A stretch of DNA of 64,000 nucleotides. Source: Mobula birostris. Its lineage: Eukaryota. The notes under the pieces are model-generated. The model was not told where the DNA came from and did no database searches. It saw nothing but the letters and a program-made list of their open reading frames with translations. Shown in pieces: positions 38,925-52,680 of the stretch; the first letter of the stretch is position 1, and each line of letters opens with the position of its first letter. Where the stretch lies: the NCBI RefSeq assembly GCF_030028105.1, contig NC_092377.1, positions 157,830,104 to 157,894,103 of the forward strand. The letters are read 5' to 3'. The translations under genes and the position numbers were made by a program.

Positions 38925-41900
38925 GGTCCAAGTGGCACCACCTACGACATCTACAAACGCTGCCCCCGGCTTCTCTGGCGGCTGTGGAGAATCCTCAAGG
39001 TCGTCTGGAAGAGAGGCAAAGTGCCCAAGCAATGGAGGTATGCAAACGGAGTGTGGATTCCAAAAGAGAACTCCTAGAACATCAGCCAGTTTAGGATAAT
39101 ATCCTTGCTGAGTGTTGAAGGGAAGATCTTCTTCAGCGTGGTGGCAAAGTGCTTAACAGACTACTTCCTGAGGAACAATTACATCGACACCTCTGTCCAG
39201 AAGGGTGGCGTTCCAAGAGTACCAGGCTGCTTGGAGCACACTGGAGTCATCACACAGCTCCTGAGAGAGACCAGAGAGAATAAGGGTGCCTTAGTGGTCT
39301 TGTGGTTGGATTTGGTCAATGTCTATGGATCAATCCCCCATAAAATTGTTGAAGACCCTCTGAAAAGGCACCATGTTCCTGAAGGAATCAGAGGCCTCCT
39401 TATGGACTACTACAACGATTTCCACCTGAGAGTCTCAGCAAGGCCAATAACATCAGACTGGTGCAGGCTGGAGATTGGTATCATCACAGGCTGCACCATC
39501 TCAGTCATCCTTTTCGCCCTGGCAATGAATATGCTGGTAAAATCTGCAGAGCCAGAGTGTTGAGGCCTGAAATCAAGATCTGGGATCCGCCAACCACCAA
39601 TATGACCCTTCATGGATGATCTAGTATAGGAAGATACACAGTCCTCTTTTATCGTCATTTAGTAATGCATGCATTAAGAAATGATACATTATTTCCTCCG
39701 GTGTGATGTCACAAAACACAGGACAAAGCAAGATTGAAAAAACTGACAAAACCACATAATTATAACATATAGTTACAACAGTGCAACAATACCATAACTT
39801 GAAGAAGTCCGTGAGCACAGTAAAGTTCAAAGTTTCTCAAATGTCCCACATCTCACGCAGACGGGAGAAGGAAGAAAAACTCTCCCTGCCATGCCGACCA
39901 CAATCCGACTCTGAGTCATCCGAAAACTTCGAGCTCTGATCAGCTCTCCGACACCGAGTATTGAGCGCCATCTCTGTCCGAGCAATTCGACCTCTTTCTC
40001 GGTCGCCAAAAGCAGGCAAGGCTGGGGATTTTGAGGCCTACCCTCCGAAAGATTCCCGACTGCACAGTAACGACAGCAGCGAACGGGCGTTTCAGAAATT
40101 TCTCCAGATGTTCCTCTGTGCTTTCACGTCCATTCTCCATCAAATCAGAATTGCCCACGGCCCCTATTTAACAGATACAACATCATTTTTCACTGGAGAG
40201 CTGCGCATGTGCGGTGCGCTGCCATCTTCTCCTCCCGCCTGACCTATCACTACGGAGTCAGTACCTGGTGGATTCTTAAAGGGCTGGAAAGGCTGATGAG
40301 GTGGGCAAGGATGTCCTTTAAGCCTGCAAAATCAAGATCTGCAGTGCTGAAGAAGGGGAGAGTACAGGAGAGATTTCGTTTCTCTATTGAGGACATTCCA
40401 ATTCCTACCATCACAGAGAACCCTGTTAAGAGTCTTGGGAAGATGTTTGATGCAACACTCAGAGATAAGGCGGCAATAAGAAACACCTGTGGGGAGTTTG
40501 AACAATGGTTGCAAGAGGTTGACAGGAGTGGCCTTCCTGGGCAGTTTAAGGCATGGATTTACCAGCATGGTATACGACCAAGAATCCTCTGGCCACTGCT
40601 TCTCTGTGAGTTTCCAATTTCCACTGTTGCTGAATTAGAAAGGGTAGTTAGCCGGTTCCTGCGAAGATGGCTGGGTTTACCAAGGAACATCAGCAGCATC
40701 GCTCTGTACGGGAATAACTGCAAACTGAGGCTCCCCTGAAATCCATCAAAGAGGAGTTCAAGGTTTTGTGAGCAAGAGAGGTGCTGCAGTTCCGGGAACC
40801 TTCAGATCCAAAGGTTGCCGGAGCAAGAGTGGCAGTGAGAACTGGAAGAGAGTGGAGAGCAGAAGCTGCAGTGGAAGAAGCTGAGGCACGAATGCGCCAC
40901 AAAGTGCTGGTGGGGGCAGTCGCCCAGGGAAGAGTTGGACTTGGAGCCTTGAAGTCCCCCATTTTGACAAAGTACAAGGGAAAGAGTGACGAGAACTGGT
41001 CCAGAATGAAGTAAGGGCAGCTGTGGAGGAGGAGAGGATCAGCAGAGCAGTGGCAATGAAATAGCAAAGAGCCTGGACCAAATGGGAGCAGGTGACCGAG
41101 CGAAAGATCACGTGGAACAATCTCTGGAAGGTGGATCCGCACCGCATCAAGTTCCTTATCCAGGCTGTTTATGACGTCCTTCCTAGTCCATCCAACCTGC
41201 ACTGCTGGGGCCTTGCAGAATGACCAGCTTGCCCCCTCTGTGTGAAGACCAGTACGCTAGAGCATATTCTGAGCTGCTGCCCCAGAGCTCTTGCCGATGG
41301 TCGTTATCGGTGGTGGCATGACCAGGTCCTCCGGACAATTGCTGAGACAGTCTGCAGCAGCCTTAACATCTATCGGAAAACAAGTCCAGTCAAGAACAAC
41401 ATCTGCTTTGTCAAAGAGGGGAAAATACCAACAGAACACCAGAAAGCAACTGGGTTGCTCTTCGCTGCGCAGGACTGGAAGCTAAAAGCAGACCTCGGAA
41501 AACAGCTGCAGTTTCCTCCCCACATCACAGCGACTATGTGGCCCGACATTGTGTTGTGGTCCGACTCATCGAAGCACGTTCTTATGCTTGAGCTTACCGT
41601 GCCGTAGGAAGATCGCATGGAGGAGGCATACGAGCGGAAAAGAGCCAAGTATGAAGATCTGAAAGACAACTGTCAAAGAAGAGGCTGGAGAGCAAAGTGT
41701 TGGCCTGTGGAGGTCGGCTGTCGTGGCTTTGCAGGCCAGTTGCTCTGCAAAGTATACACTGCAACTTGGAATCACGGGAGAGAGGAGAGCCATTTCTACC
41801 ATCACAGATGCAGCAGAGAAAACGTCAAGATGGCTCTGGATAAAGAGGGCAGATCCATGGGTTGCTGCTAGGACACAGGCCAGGGTCTGATCAACGCCGG

Positions 41901-41995
41901 TCGGGTCACCTGTGCGAGGGTATGTGATGTTGAAACACCTGACGACCCCAGGTAACATCACTGATGATGTGCCCTAGCTTAGCATCATGCAGATG
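38925..41995 (+). mobile_element. HERO/R2-type (RLE) non-LTR retrotransposon, 5'-truncated, decayed
   Basis: RT GPSG..Y..YKRCP / LSVEGKIFF / QKGG..PGCLEH / WLDL.N.YGSIPH / FMDDL; C-terminal CPLC..LEHILSCC..HDQVL..PDIVLWS..ELTVP..ERK.AKY. Several stops and frameshifts. Confidence 0.88.
39626..40241 (-). mobile_element. About 615-bp non-autonomous retroelement inserted in the HERO RT
   Basis: Minus strand begins GGCGGGAGGAGAAGATGGCAGCG and ends with a LINE-like AATGACGATAAAA tail. The HERO frame resumes afterwards (..ITTESVP..WILKGLERL). Confidence 0.75.
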
Positions 41996-42049
41996 TTTCT
42001 GTAAGAAGAAGGAAAAAAAGGAATAGTTCAAGGGCAGTACAATCAAGAT

Positions 42050-44500
42050 TTTAAGGAAATGCTACATGATAGTGCCAACAAACAGCTCATGGCTCACCCG
42101 GACGGAGTGATCATTGTAGCAGGGGACTTCAATCACACAGATTTTAAACTGGTCATGTCCAAACTTTACAAAAGTGTGAATTTCCCGACACGAGAATATA
42201 ACGTACTAGACCAAGTCTACACAAATATTCCAGGAGCATTCAAAGCAACCCCATCTGTACACCTAGGACAATCAGACCATATCTCCCTCACACTGACCCC
42301 AGCTTACAGACCACAGATCTGCGGAGTAAAACCAACTATCAGGACAGTACATGTGTGGTCTGAAGAAGCCACCTCAATGCTACAGGACTGTTTTGACAAC
42401 ACAGATTGGGGCTTGTTTGCAAAGGGAGCAGACCTGGAGAAATATGGTGGTTCAGTCCTAGGATAAATTAAGTTTTGCACAGAAAATGTAATAACACAAA
42501 AGACAGTTAAGGTGCTTCCCAATCAAAAGCCATGGATTAACAGCAATGTGAGGGCACTACTCAGGGAGCGCGATGCAGCCTTCAGATCAGGAGACAAACA
42601 AGCCTACAGTGAAGCACGGGGGAATCTTCGCAGGGGCATCAGGGATGCAAAGCGCAAATACAAATTGCGCATTGAAAATCGGTTTGATAACAACCACCCC
42701 CGCAGTATGTCTGGCATCAAGGCGCTGACAGACTACAAATCCAATAATCTGCTGCCAGATGATGACGCCACACTGTCTGATGTCCTAAACCAGTTCTTTG
42801 CCCGCTTTGATACTCAGAGGGAGGAGGCTGCTCCACTCATCAACCTACCTGACAATGAGTCCACACTGGTCCTTAAGCAACACCAGGTGGAACCCACCCT
42901 GAGGAAAGTGAATGCGAGTAAGGCAGCTGGCCCAGACGGAGTGCCCGGCCGGGTACTGAAAGCATGTGCTGACCAGCTTGCTGAGGTGTTTACAAGTATA
43001 TTTAACCTCTCACTGCAACAAGCTGTTGTTTCAACATGCCTTAAAGCCTCCACTATCATCCCAGTGCCCAAAAAATCAGCTGTGAAGTGCCTGAATGACT
43101 ATCGCCCTGTAGCGCTGACACCCACAGCCATGAAGTGCTTTGAGAGACTTGTGCTCTCACACATTGAGGCGATAATCCCACCTGATCTGGACAAACACCA
43201 GTCTGCCTACCAGGCAAACCGCTCCACAGAGGATGCAATCACAACAGCCCTCCATATTGCTCTGACTCACTTAGAGGAACCGAACACTTATGTGAGGATG
43301 TTATTTGTGGAATTCAGTTCTGGATTTCACATCGTATTCCCCCATAAACTGGTCAGCAAACTGAACACTCTTGGCCTTGGTTCCCCCCGTGCTCATGGAT
43401 CACGGACTTTCTCACAGACCGACCACAGCAAGTTAGAATTGGTAAGCACACCTCTAACACCCTCATCTTAAAAATAGGCACCCTGCAGGGCTGTGTGCTG
43501 AGCCCGATGTTCTACACACTCTTCACACATGACTGCACCCCCATCTACACCTCCAACTCCATAATTAAATTTTCGGTCGATACCACAGTGGTTGGCCTGA
43601 TCTCGGACGAGGATGAAACAGCCTACAGGCTTGAGGTGGGTCATCTGACGGAGTGATGTAAGGACAATGACCTGGTCCTTAACACTTCTAAAACAAAAGA
43701 GATGATCATTGACTTCAGGAGATCAAAGGACAGAATACACACCCTCTCCATATACATGGAGAGGTAGTGCAAAGTGTGGAAAACCTAAAGTTCCTTGGAG
43801 TTATGTGGTCAAAACAGCTGCCATGGACCACCAACACCTTGCTGCTTGTAAAAAAGGCACAACAAAGACTCTTCTTCCTCAGAAAGCTGAAACAGGCCAA
43901 ACTCCCACAAAAGCTGCTGCTTAACTTCTACAGGAGCACAATTGAAACCATCCTGACCAACAGTGCCACAGTGTGGTATGCCAGCTGCACAGCCGCTGAG
44001 CGACAAGACCTGCATGGCGTGCTGAAGGCGGGCCGGCGATTTGTCAGGATGAAGCTCCCAGGACTGGACACCATCTATTCCCGCAGACTCAGGAGGAAAG
44101 CAATCAGCATAATCAGAGACACCACACGCCCCGGCCTCTCCCTGTTTGATCCACTGCCGTCCAGCAAAAGGTTCAGGACACTAAAAGCCAGAACAAATAG
44201 ACTGAGGAACAGCTTCTATCCCAGAGCTGTGGCCTCCATCACACCACTCCCACAGAACAATGACTGAAACTGTGAGCACACACATGCACACAGAAGAACT
44301 CAAATGCTTGCACTAACGGCACTTTGTGCATTACTGTGATATTCTGGCACTGCTGTAACTTATTTTCTGCTACTTATCTATTTAATACTGTTTTTCTTTT
44401 ACTGTCTTGATTTTATCTACCACTTTATTTAATTGCCTGAGAGAAAGCCAAACAGAGTTTCATTGTACCTATGTATAATGACAATAAAGGTCATTCAATT
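42050..44500 (+). mobile_element. Rex1/Babar LINE (APE C-terminus, RT, 3' tail)
   Basis: [70 protein letters not shown]; tail AATGACAATAAAG. Confidence 0.9.
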
Positions 44501-45924
44501 ATGGCATCATAAAATTATCTTTTATTTTCAAGTTTATTTTTATTCTATTTTCACATTTGCACTTTTATCCCATTGTAAAGCATTTTGAACTACACCATCT
44601 GTATGAAAAGTGCTCTATAAATAAATTATTAATATTTTATGGCATAATAATTTCTAACTCCTAAATATAAAGAACTTCATTGCATTTTTACTTTAAATCT
44701 GTCTATGATATTAAAGTCAACTGCTTGTACATATCACACATACTAACCATAAATATACATATATACTGCCTGTTAGGTCTCTTTTAACCATCATGGGTTT
44801 CTATCCATAAGATCTGCAAAACTTGCCTGAAGGGTTTCGCCTGAAATGTCGACTGTTTATTCCTTCTCCTAGATGCTGCCTGACCTGCTGAGTTTATTCA
44901 GCATTTTGTGTGTTTCTCTGGATTTCCAGCACTTGTAGAACCTCTGGTACTTATAGCTTCCAGCAATTTATGCTTTTTGGTTATTAAAGTGAATGACCTA
45001 CATTAAACAAATGGTCAAAACTGTGAAAATGTATTTGTCAGTAAAATATTTATAATTTTTAAACACTTCTACTGCTTATAAAACCACCTACCTCCTATCG
45101 TCTAACAAAGAAGACAATAAAGCAAAAACTGGAGTCGAGATGGAACAGCAATAAATTATCCTGGGTGTCAGATCTTCCTGAACAATTAATATCACAGCTC
45201 TTCGTCTGAAGATATTTGATCATCAATCTTCTCCACAGCCCAGCCAAATTCCTAGCAAAGGGTTTAAATCTTTTGATATAGAATGCTTCGTGCTTGATCT
45301 TAAGGTAATCTCGAGGCAATAATTGCTCAGGACCACATTAAACCACTACCCCCACCCCCCAGGAATTGCAGAATCATATATCAAGGAAACAGATGTTTGG
45401 GCCATCAAGCAAACCCATTCCTATATCATAACATGGATAAAAAGAAATGCAATCGAAACCCTAAATTAACAGAGTTTGGGAAGAGTGCTATGTTGGTTTA
45501 AGGAATGAGAAGCAAGTGTAGAATAACCGAGACACAACCAATGCAATCAAAGCAAAATTATAAATTGGCTATTGAGAAATGGATTTAGATTTGAGGATAA
45601 TCAGAGAACATGTTGGTAAAGGATAACTAGACCAATATCAGAAAGTGATGCTGCTCCTGGCTGCCTACAAAAGATCATGTCATCTCAAAGAGATGCTAAT
45701 ATATAGAGATAAATGTCAAGGTTGAGGTAGCTACGGTGGGACCACGTGAAGTAGACTATTTACAGTTCAACTACTCAAGAGTGAAGTTCAAAAATAAGCT
45801 CTTAGGAATTCCTCAGCATCACAAGGCTCACCTGAACGAAAAGACAAAGGAGCTCGATTTTCAAAACCAAAGGACCTGATCTCCAGTTCTGTTCTCCGGT
45901 TGTCCTTGCCAGGTTAGGGTGACA

Positions 45925-47300
45925 GATTGGGAACTGCTGACGTACAAAGGGTGTCCATGTACGTCAGCCTATGAAAGTAAGCATGTGGTTAAGGTGGCAT
46001 ATGGTTTATTAACTTTTGTTGCACAGGTTTTGAAAACAAAAGTTAAGATGAATTTTACCCATGTATGTGAAGGATGTAAGAAATAATGTCAAGTCAAGTC
46101 AAGTCAAGTCAAGTCAATTACCCAGGGCATCGGTGATGCCAACCTGGAGCACCTGGTGTAGTTTTAGTTTCCTTACTCAAGGGACATACTTGTCATAGGA
46201 GTGCAACAAAGTATCACCAGACTGGTTCACAGGATGGCAGTATTGTCTGAAAGAGGATGTGTTAACCACTCCACTACTAATAGATTTCAGAAAAAAATGA
46301 CAGCAGATCTCATCGAAACTTACAGAATTCTGACAGGGCTCAACAGACCTAATACACAAGGGATCTTTCCTGTAAGAAGGGTGTGTGCCGGAACCAAAGT
46401 TAGAATCTCAGGACAGGGTCAAGGCATTTGGGAGTGAGAAGAGGACAAATTTCTTCAATGTGAAACTCCCCAACACTGGAGACTGGGGAAGCCAAGACAA
46501 TAGAGATACTTAAGGTGCAGGTATACAGATTTCTAGATATTAAAACTTCAAAAAGTTATGGGAAAAGAGCAGTAAGACTTTAAGACATATGAGCTGATTT
46601 AGGCCATTCAGCCCATTGAGCCTGCTCTGCCATTCCATCTGATTTATTATCCTTCTCAACCTATTTTCTTGCCTTCTCCTCATAACCTTTGACGCCTTCA
46701 CTAATCAAGAATCTAACAACCTCCGATTTTAATATAGCCAAAGATTTGGCCATCACAGCCGTCTGTGGCAAAAAAAATCCACAAATTCACTGCATTTGGG
46801 CTAAAGATGTTTCTCCTCATCTTTGTTCTAAAAGGACCACCTCCTATTGAGGTTGTGTCCTCTGGTCGTAGACTCCCTCACTATTGGAAACATCCAATCC
46901 ACATCCAGTTTATTTTGACCTTTCAATATTGTGTGTTTCAATGAGATTTATGCCACCCCCCCCCCATCATCTCATTGATCTAAACTCCAGCAAGTACATG
47001 CCCACGACCATCAAACGGTCCTCATACATTAACTCTTTCATTCTCAGGATCATACTCGTAAAGTTATGGAGCCTCTCCAATGCCAGTGCATCCTTTTTTA
47101 GATATGGAGCCTCTCCAATGCCAGTGCATCCTTTTTTAGATATGGAGCCCAGAACTGCACACAGTACACCAAATGTGGCCTGACCAATGCCTGGGAGAGC
47201 CTCAGCACATTCTTGCTTTTATATTTCAGTCCTCTTGAAATGAATGGCAACGTTGCATTTGCCTTCCTTTCTACCGACTCAACCTGCCAAATTAACCTTT
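45925..47300. mobile_element. CR1 fragments (+ 45925-46575; - 46580-47300)
   Basis: DLIETYRILTGL; CR1 tails; a 38-bp tandem duplication at 47065-47148. Confidence 0.75.
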
Positions 47301-47858
47301 AGGGAAGTGGGTCCCAATATGGCAAGGGGTCCATGGCATAAAAAATGTTGGGAACCCTTGCTTTAGGGAATCAGCAAGAATGTGGTATTGATCATGTTGA
47401 ATGGTGGAACAGTCTCAAAAGGCCAGAGTGGCCTATTCCTTTTACTACTCTTTGTGCCAACTTCTGATAAAAGTGTTGCCTGAAAGTTAAAAAGATTTAA
47501 AAAACGCTACTGTGTACCACATTTCCTGGTCTTTCATACCTGACTAGTAGTCTACTTAACTCATGCCCATTAACAGCATGTTCAAGTCTTCAGTCATCCA
47601 GCGATACCTCTAACCACTAACACAGATGTCCCCAACAGTTGACATTACAGCAGCATGGTTACAAACCATCTAACCAAGTATATTAGATTTGCAAACTAAG
47701 TAATATTTTATTGCTTATGCAATTAGCAGCAGTCTTCCAGATACCATCTTGTAGTACCTTTATGAAGTCATTGTTTGCTATTCCTAGTTGTGAATCCCTC
47801 GTGGCTTCAGTTCAGAGAACTGGCAGTTAGTGTAACTCAGTCAGTGTCTGAAGGATGC

Positions 47859-48703
47859 TCAAGGACGCCTGCCTCGAAGTGCTCGACCTCGAGGGGATCT
47901 GACTGCCACCTGCAGATTCAATGGTGCTTCTGGAGGAGATGGGGCTTCGGAAGATGGGGAGGGATCATACGTGCTGTTACCCCGAGAGAGGCTAGCAAAA
48001 GACACTCCAGCTGGCCCACTCACATGGGGCTGTGACTCCATGCCGCCATTGAGCTGTGGCAGAGCAGACTGCAGAAGGTCTGAGATGTGACCGAACCCCC
48101 TATCAATACGCCCGCCCAACCTTTCCAAACTAGTGGAAATGGTGCAAGCCAGAGCCTGAATAGCACTTGTTTGAGCCTCAATCAGTGACGCCAAAGTAGG
48201 TGCCACAGGCTCATGGACAGAGGGCTTCATTGCTGCATCGACAGAGTTGGCAACTCGCTCCATGGTAGACTGGAGGGTGGTGATACCTTGTGCCACAACC
48301 CCACAAAAGATGGATGCAGACTCTTCTACACTCTCAGACAGCGTGAGGCAGCTCTTTGGCAGTTTGTCCAAAGCTTGGAGCAACTGATGATGCTCGTGGA
48401 AAATCTTTCTTCTAAAGGCTGGGCCTGTGAGATCTGCATCTTTGTCCTCGTCGATACAGCTAGGACCAGAGGTTGCCCTGGAGTCATCGGTCTCCTGGAT
48501 GGTCCTTTCCACTATGTCCAGCTCCTGTTCATTACTACTGAATAATTCATTATGTGAAGATCCATTTAGCTGACCGTCCATTCCACTGGAGATGTTTAGG
48601 TCAGTGCTGATGTAGTGGAAAGATGGGGCTGGTGACTGTGCATCTTCTGTGAAATGCTCCTCTTCCATCTCCTGTCCAATAAAGCCTAGGTAATGAGTCA
48701 GAT
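47859..48703 (-). CDS. Myb/SANT gene exon 3 (acidic region, helical region, basic tail)
   Basis: Acceptor tctccctctttttcAG, phase 1; 845 nt open to TGA. Spliced CDS 1236 nt = 411 aa. AATAAA on minus strand at 47712-47707. Confidence 0.85.
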
Positions 48704-48833
48704 CTGAAAAAGAGGGAGACAAGATTGGTGAGTCCTGGGATGGTGAACTAAGAACAGTACATGAACATCTCTAGGGTGATTACTCGGTCTGTGTGACGAC
48801 TGAAAAGAGCAGGTAAGAGAAATAGGAATGCAC

Positions 48834-48993
48834 CCTGTGGTACTTGGCCTCCGGCCTTGCCATTCTCAATGTTTCTCCTGCTGTTTGGCCCAATGATGTC
48901 CAGGGCTTCCTGCTCCATCTGGGTGAGATCTAGAATAGATGCTGGGCGTTCCCCGCAACTGGTTCTTTTCCTTGTTTTGTGGGCCAACTTCTC
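48834..48993 (-). CDS. Myb/SANT gene exon 2
   Basis: tacAG|GAGAAG; 160 nt EKLAHKTRKRTSCGERPASILDLTQMEQEALDIIGPNSRRNIENGKAGGQVPQ; donor CAGG|GTGCAT (phase 1). Confidence 0.82.
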
Positions 48994-49409
48994 CTGTAGA
49001 AATAGTGAGAGTGAGTTAGTGCTTCATTGTTATAATGCATGACGGAGACGTGCGAACCAGCTGCATGCAGGAGGCGGGGATGTAGCCAGTTAACAGCCAT
49101 GTTTATTGGTTTTGTGTAGAAAATGAAGGGCTTCAATTTATTTATTATCCTTAGCATTATTTCTTAAGTAGAGTCACTGCTGTAATGCAGGAAATGTGGC
49201 CAACCTGCATAAAACATAATGCCTCCACGAAAATATATGACAGTGACTATATTACTTTTCTTCTACGGGATATTGACCATACAGGAGATGTGAAAAGTTT
49301 TCCAGGTTTTAATCACTGCTCACGTCTAATTCTGAGGGCTTTCATCCAGGCTTACCTGTGTAAGCGGATACCTTGCTTACAGTTTATAAATTTGAGTTCA
49401 ACCAAACAA

Positions 49410-51800
49410 CCTTGATCCCTACACCTCCTTCCTCACCACAACTCAAGGTTCCAAACAGTCCTTCCAGGTGAGGCAACACTTCACCTGCGTATCTGTCAGG
49501 TCATCTCTCTGCAGTACTTCTCGGCTTTTCTGCTCACGGCCCACTTGAGACTATCATTTACCTCTGTGGCCGCCACCCTCCAATGTCTCCATTAGTTGCG
49601 AAGGTTTTTTTTGTCAACTGTACTATTTATTGTAATATACAGACAATATTTATGTCTTAACAGGTTATCAGTATTACTACATGTTAAATATAGTGTTGCA
49701 GGTGTGTATGAAAAATAAAACTATTTCAAAGTTCTAAATACAATAGTTCACTTATAATATATAATAAAACTATAACCAGCAATTAATATTGTTACTTTGG
49801 GTACTTAGTGAGATCCTTGCCACAGATGCAAACTAGTGAGTTTTTGAATATCTGGTTGGAACTTGGTTAGAGATAACCAAAGATCACGTCTTTTCACAAC
49901 ATCAAGATGGTTACAAGCTTTTGAAAGCAGTTGAAGAGCTTGACTAAAACCACATTCAACTAGATAAGAGGTGGGAAATCCAATTAAAAACTTGGCTTTC
50001 TCGCAAAGCTGTGGAAACAGTAGATATTCAAAAATGTTGCTTGCTGTGTTTGAATTTTGCTTGAGCATTTTATCACTCTGCAGCTCAATAAGACATTCTT
50101 GCAACGTGATGACAACATCATTCACATTATATATACCGGTATATATAGCCGGAGAGGAGATATATCTCTACCAAAGGAGGTACAAGCACTCCTTCCCTCC
50201 ATAAGCCTGCAGGTCACCCATGGGCAAGGTGTAGCACCTGCTTAGCCCCCCTGATCAGGGCCACGTGAAGCCATGGGAGCAGATGGTGGATGGTCATATG
50301 AGCAGCTGGTGCAGATCACAAGTCCTGATTATGCAACCACTAATGCATAACAGTAACAATCATGACACCAAACTAGGTAGAGAGACCTACTTTAGAGTGA
50401 GTAGGATCTATAGAAAATCAGTAAAAGTCAAAGAATTATTATAAGTATAATCCCACGTGAAAAAGTACCAGTATTGAATAAACATGTAAAAATAAAATCA
50501 GCTTTTTAGGTAATACTTTTTAAAAATCATTTATTTATTGGGCATTTTTTAAAATGCTATTATATATTCAAGTCCTATATAGCAATAAGGAGCATGCACT
50601 AACCAAGAAGAGTGATTTGAACTTCCTTTCAAAATAATACGTAACAGGGATTTAATAGAAGTTGTAGTGGTATAGTGATGCAGTGGTAGAATGTGTGAAG
50701 TCTCACCTCTCTGCAGTTCAGCTATTTCTGGCCGAGGACCCCACTGCAGCCTTCATGTCATGTTTTGTAAGTAATATAACATGCACAGGTCGGTGGAAGG
50801 CAAACGGAACCAGCCTCTTGTTATATACTTGCTCAGTGGGGCAAAGAGCAGATCTGCAGTTGTGGATGTGCAACAGGACTCAGCGGGCCGCCCTGCAGGG
50901 TGTGAACAGTGATTTGTGCGTGGTCAAGCAGGAGAGAGCGAATGATATGCCGCACCCCCGCCCCCAACACACAGCTAAGCTATTTTGCTGCCTCATTTGC
51001 AGCATCTAGCACATCTTATTTCATCCAATTAAATTACATATACTCATTTCTTTTTTATGTATATATTTTAGTAATCTTTCAATAAAACAGTAAACTTATC
51101 ATGGCCTATTCAGAAACTTCTGTGGCTCCCAGTTTCTTTGTAGCCATGACAAAATCTGGCATGGCCCCCTGGGGGACCCTATGGCTTACACTGAGCATCA
51201 CTGGTCTACAGTATCTAGTGTTGCCTCCTCTGCATTGGTGAGATCTGATGCTTCTCAAAAGGAAGGATCTCCAGGTGGCCACCCATTTCAATATGTCTGT
51301 CCATGACCTCCTCGACTCCCACGATCAGTCCATACTCAGGTTGGTGGAGCATCACCTCATGTTCCATGTGGATAGCCTCCAACCTGATGGCATGAAGATT
51401 GATTTCTCTAACTTTCAGTAATTCCCCCCCCCCACCTCTCCTTGTCTGTTCCCTATTCTGGCTCTCCTCTTTTCTTCACATGCCCTCTGCTGCCCTTTCT
51501 CCTTCTCTTTCTCCCATGATCCACCCTTCTCTCCTATCAGATTCATTCTTCAGCCCTTTACCTCTTCTCCCTATCATCTTCTTGCTCCTTACTTCAGCCC
51601 CCCCCCCCCAGCTGATCTCACCTAGCACCTACCAGCTTGTACTCCTTCCCCTCCCCACACCTTCTTATTCTGGCCTCCGTCTCTTTCCTTTCCAATCCTG
51701 ATAAAGGGTCTCAGCCAAAATGGTGACTGTTTGTTCCTCGTCATAGATGCTGCTTGATTTATTGAGTTCCTCCAACATTTTCTAAGTGTTGCTCTAGATT
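49410..51800 (+). mobile_element. Penelope-like element 3' part, split by the hAT insertion
   Basis: GIY-YIG C-terminus PYTS.LTT.QG.KQSFQVRQHFTC (49415-49510) resumes at 51204 (..VATHFN..EHHL.F...SLQPDGM.IDFSNFQ*), then a pyrimidine-rich UTR and pLTR. Confidence 0.78.
49512..51203 (-). mobile_element. hAT (Buster/Charlie) deletion derivative
   Basis: FPTSYLVECGFS..RRDLWLSLTKFQPDIQKL...QGSH*; CAGT termini; right flank GTCTACAG fits the nnnTAnnn target pattern. Confidence 0.82.
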
Positions 51801-52034
51801 GTCATCATTTGCAGAATCTCATGTTTAGATTTGTATCTTTCCCAGACAAATCTGTTTCCCATTCCACAAAAGCTCCCTGACTTGCCAAGTGTTTCCAGCA
51901 TTTTCCATATTTCCTTACAACACTGAAACAATTTGGCCCATTACCCTCTGTTGGCTGCCAGTGCAGTCCCATCAACCCCATTCCCCCACATTTCCTTGTA
52001 ACTCTCTCACGCGCCCACCAGTTCTCCCCAATAG

Positions 52035-52680
52035 TCATAGTCATACTTTATTGATCCTGGGGGAAATTGGTTTTCGTTACAGTTGCATCATAAATAATAA
52101 ATAGTAATAGAACCATAAATAGTTAAATAGTAGTATGTAAATTACACCAGTAAATTATGAAATAAGTCCAGGACCAGCCTATTGGCTCAGGGTGTCTGCC
52201 CCTCCAAGGGAGGAGTTGTAAAGTTTGATGGCCACAGGCAGGAATGACTTCCTGTGACGCTCTGTGCTGCATCTTCAGTCTCTGGCTGAATGTACTCCTG
52301 TGCCCACCCAGTACATTATGTAGTGGATGGGAGACATTGACCAAGATGGCATGCAACTTGGACAGCATCCTCTTTTCAGACCCCACCGTCAGAGAGTCCA
52401 GTTCCATCCCCACAACATCACTGGCCTTACGAATGAGTTTGTTGATTCTGTTGGTGTCTGCTACCCTCAGCCTGCTGGCCCAGCACACAACAGCAAACAT
52501 GATAGCACTGGCCACCACAGACTCATAGAACATCCTCAGCATCATCCAGCAGATGTTAAAGGACCTCACTCTCCTCAGGAAATAGAGACGGCTCTGTCTC
52601 TTCTTGTAGACAGCCTCAGTGTTCTTTGACCAGTCCAGTTTGTTGTCAATTCACATCCCCAGGTATTTGTAATCTTCCAG
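52035..52680 (-). mobile_element. Rex1/Babar-like LINE 3' fragment
   Basis: ORF 52123-52569 MFYESVVASAIMFAVVCW..NKLIRKA..HPLH; (TATGAC)n tail. Confidence 0.8.

Noticed and set aside
48685-48703. Alternative acceptor at 48685 for Myb exon 3
   Set aside because: In frame, but lacks the polypyrimidine tract present at 48703; possible minor isoform only.
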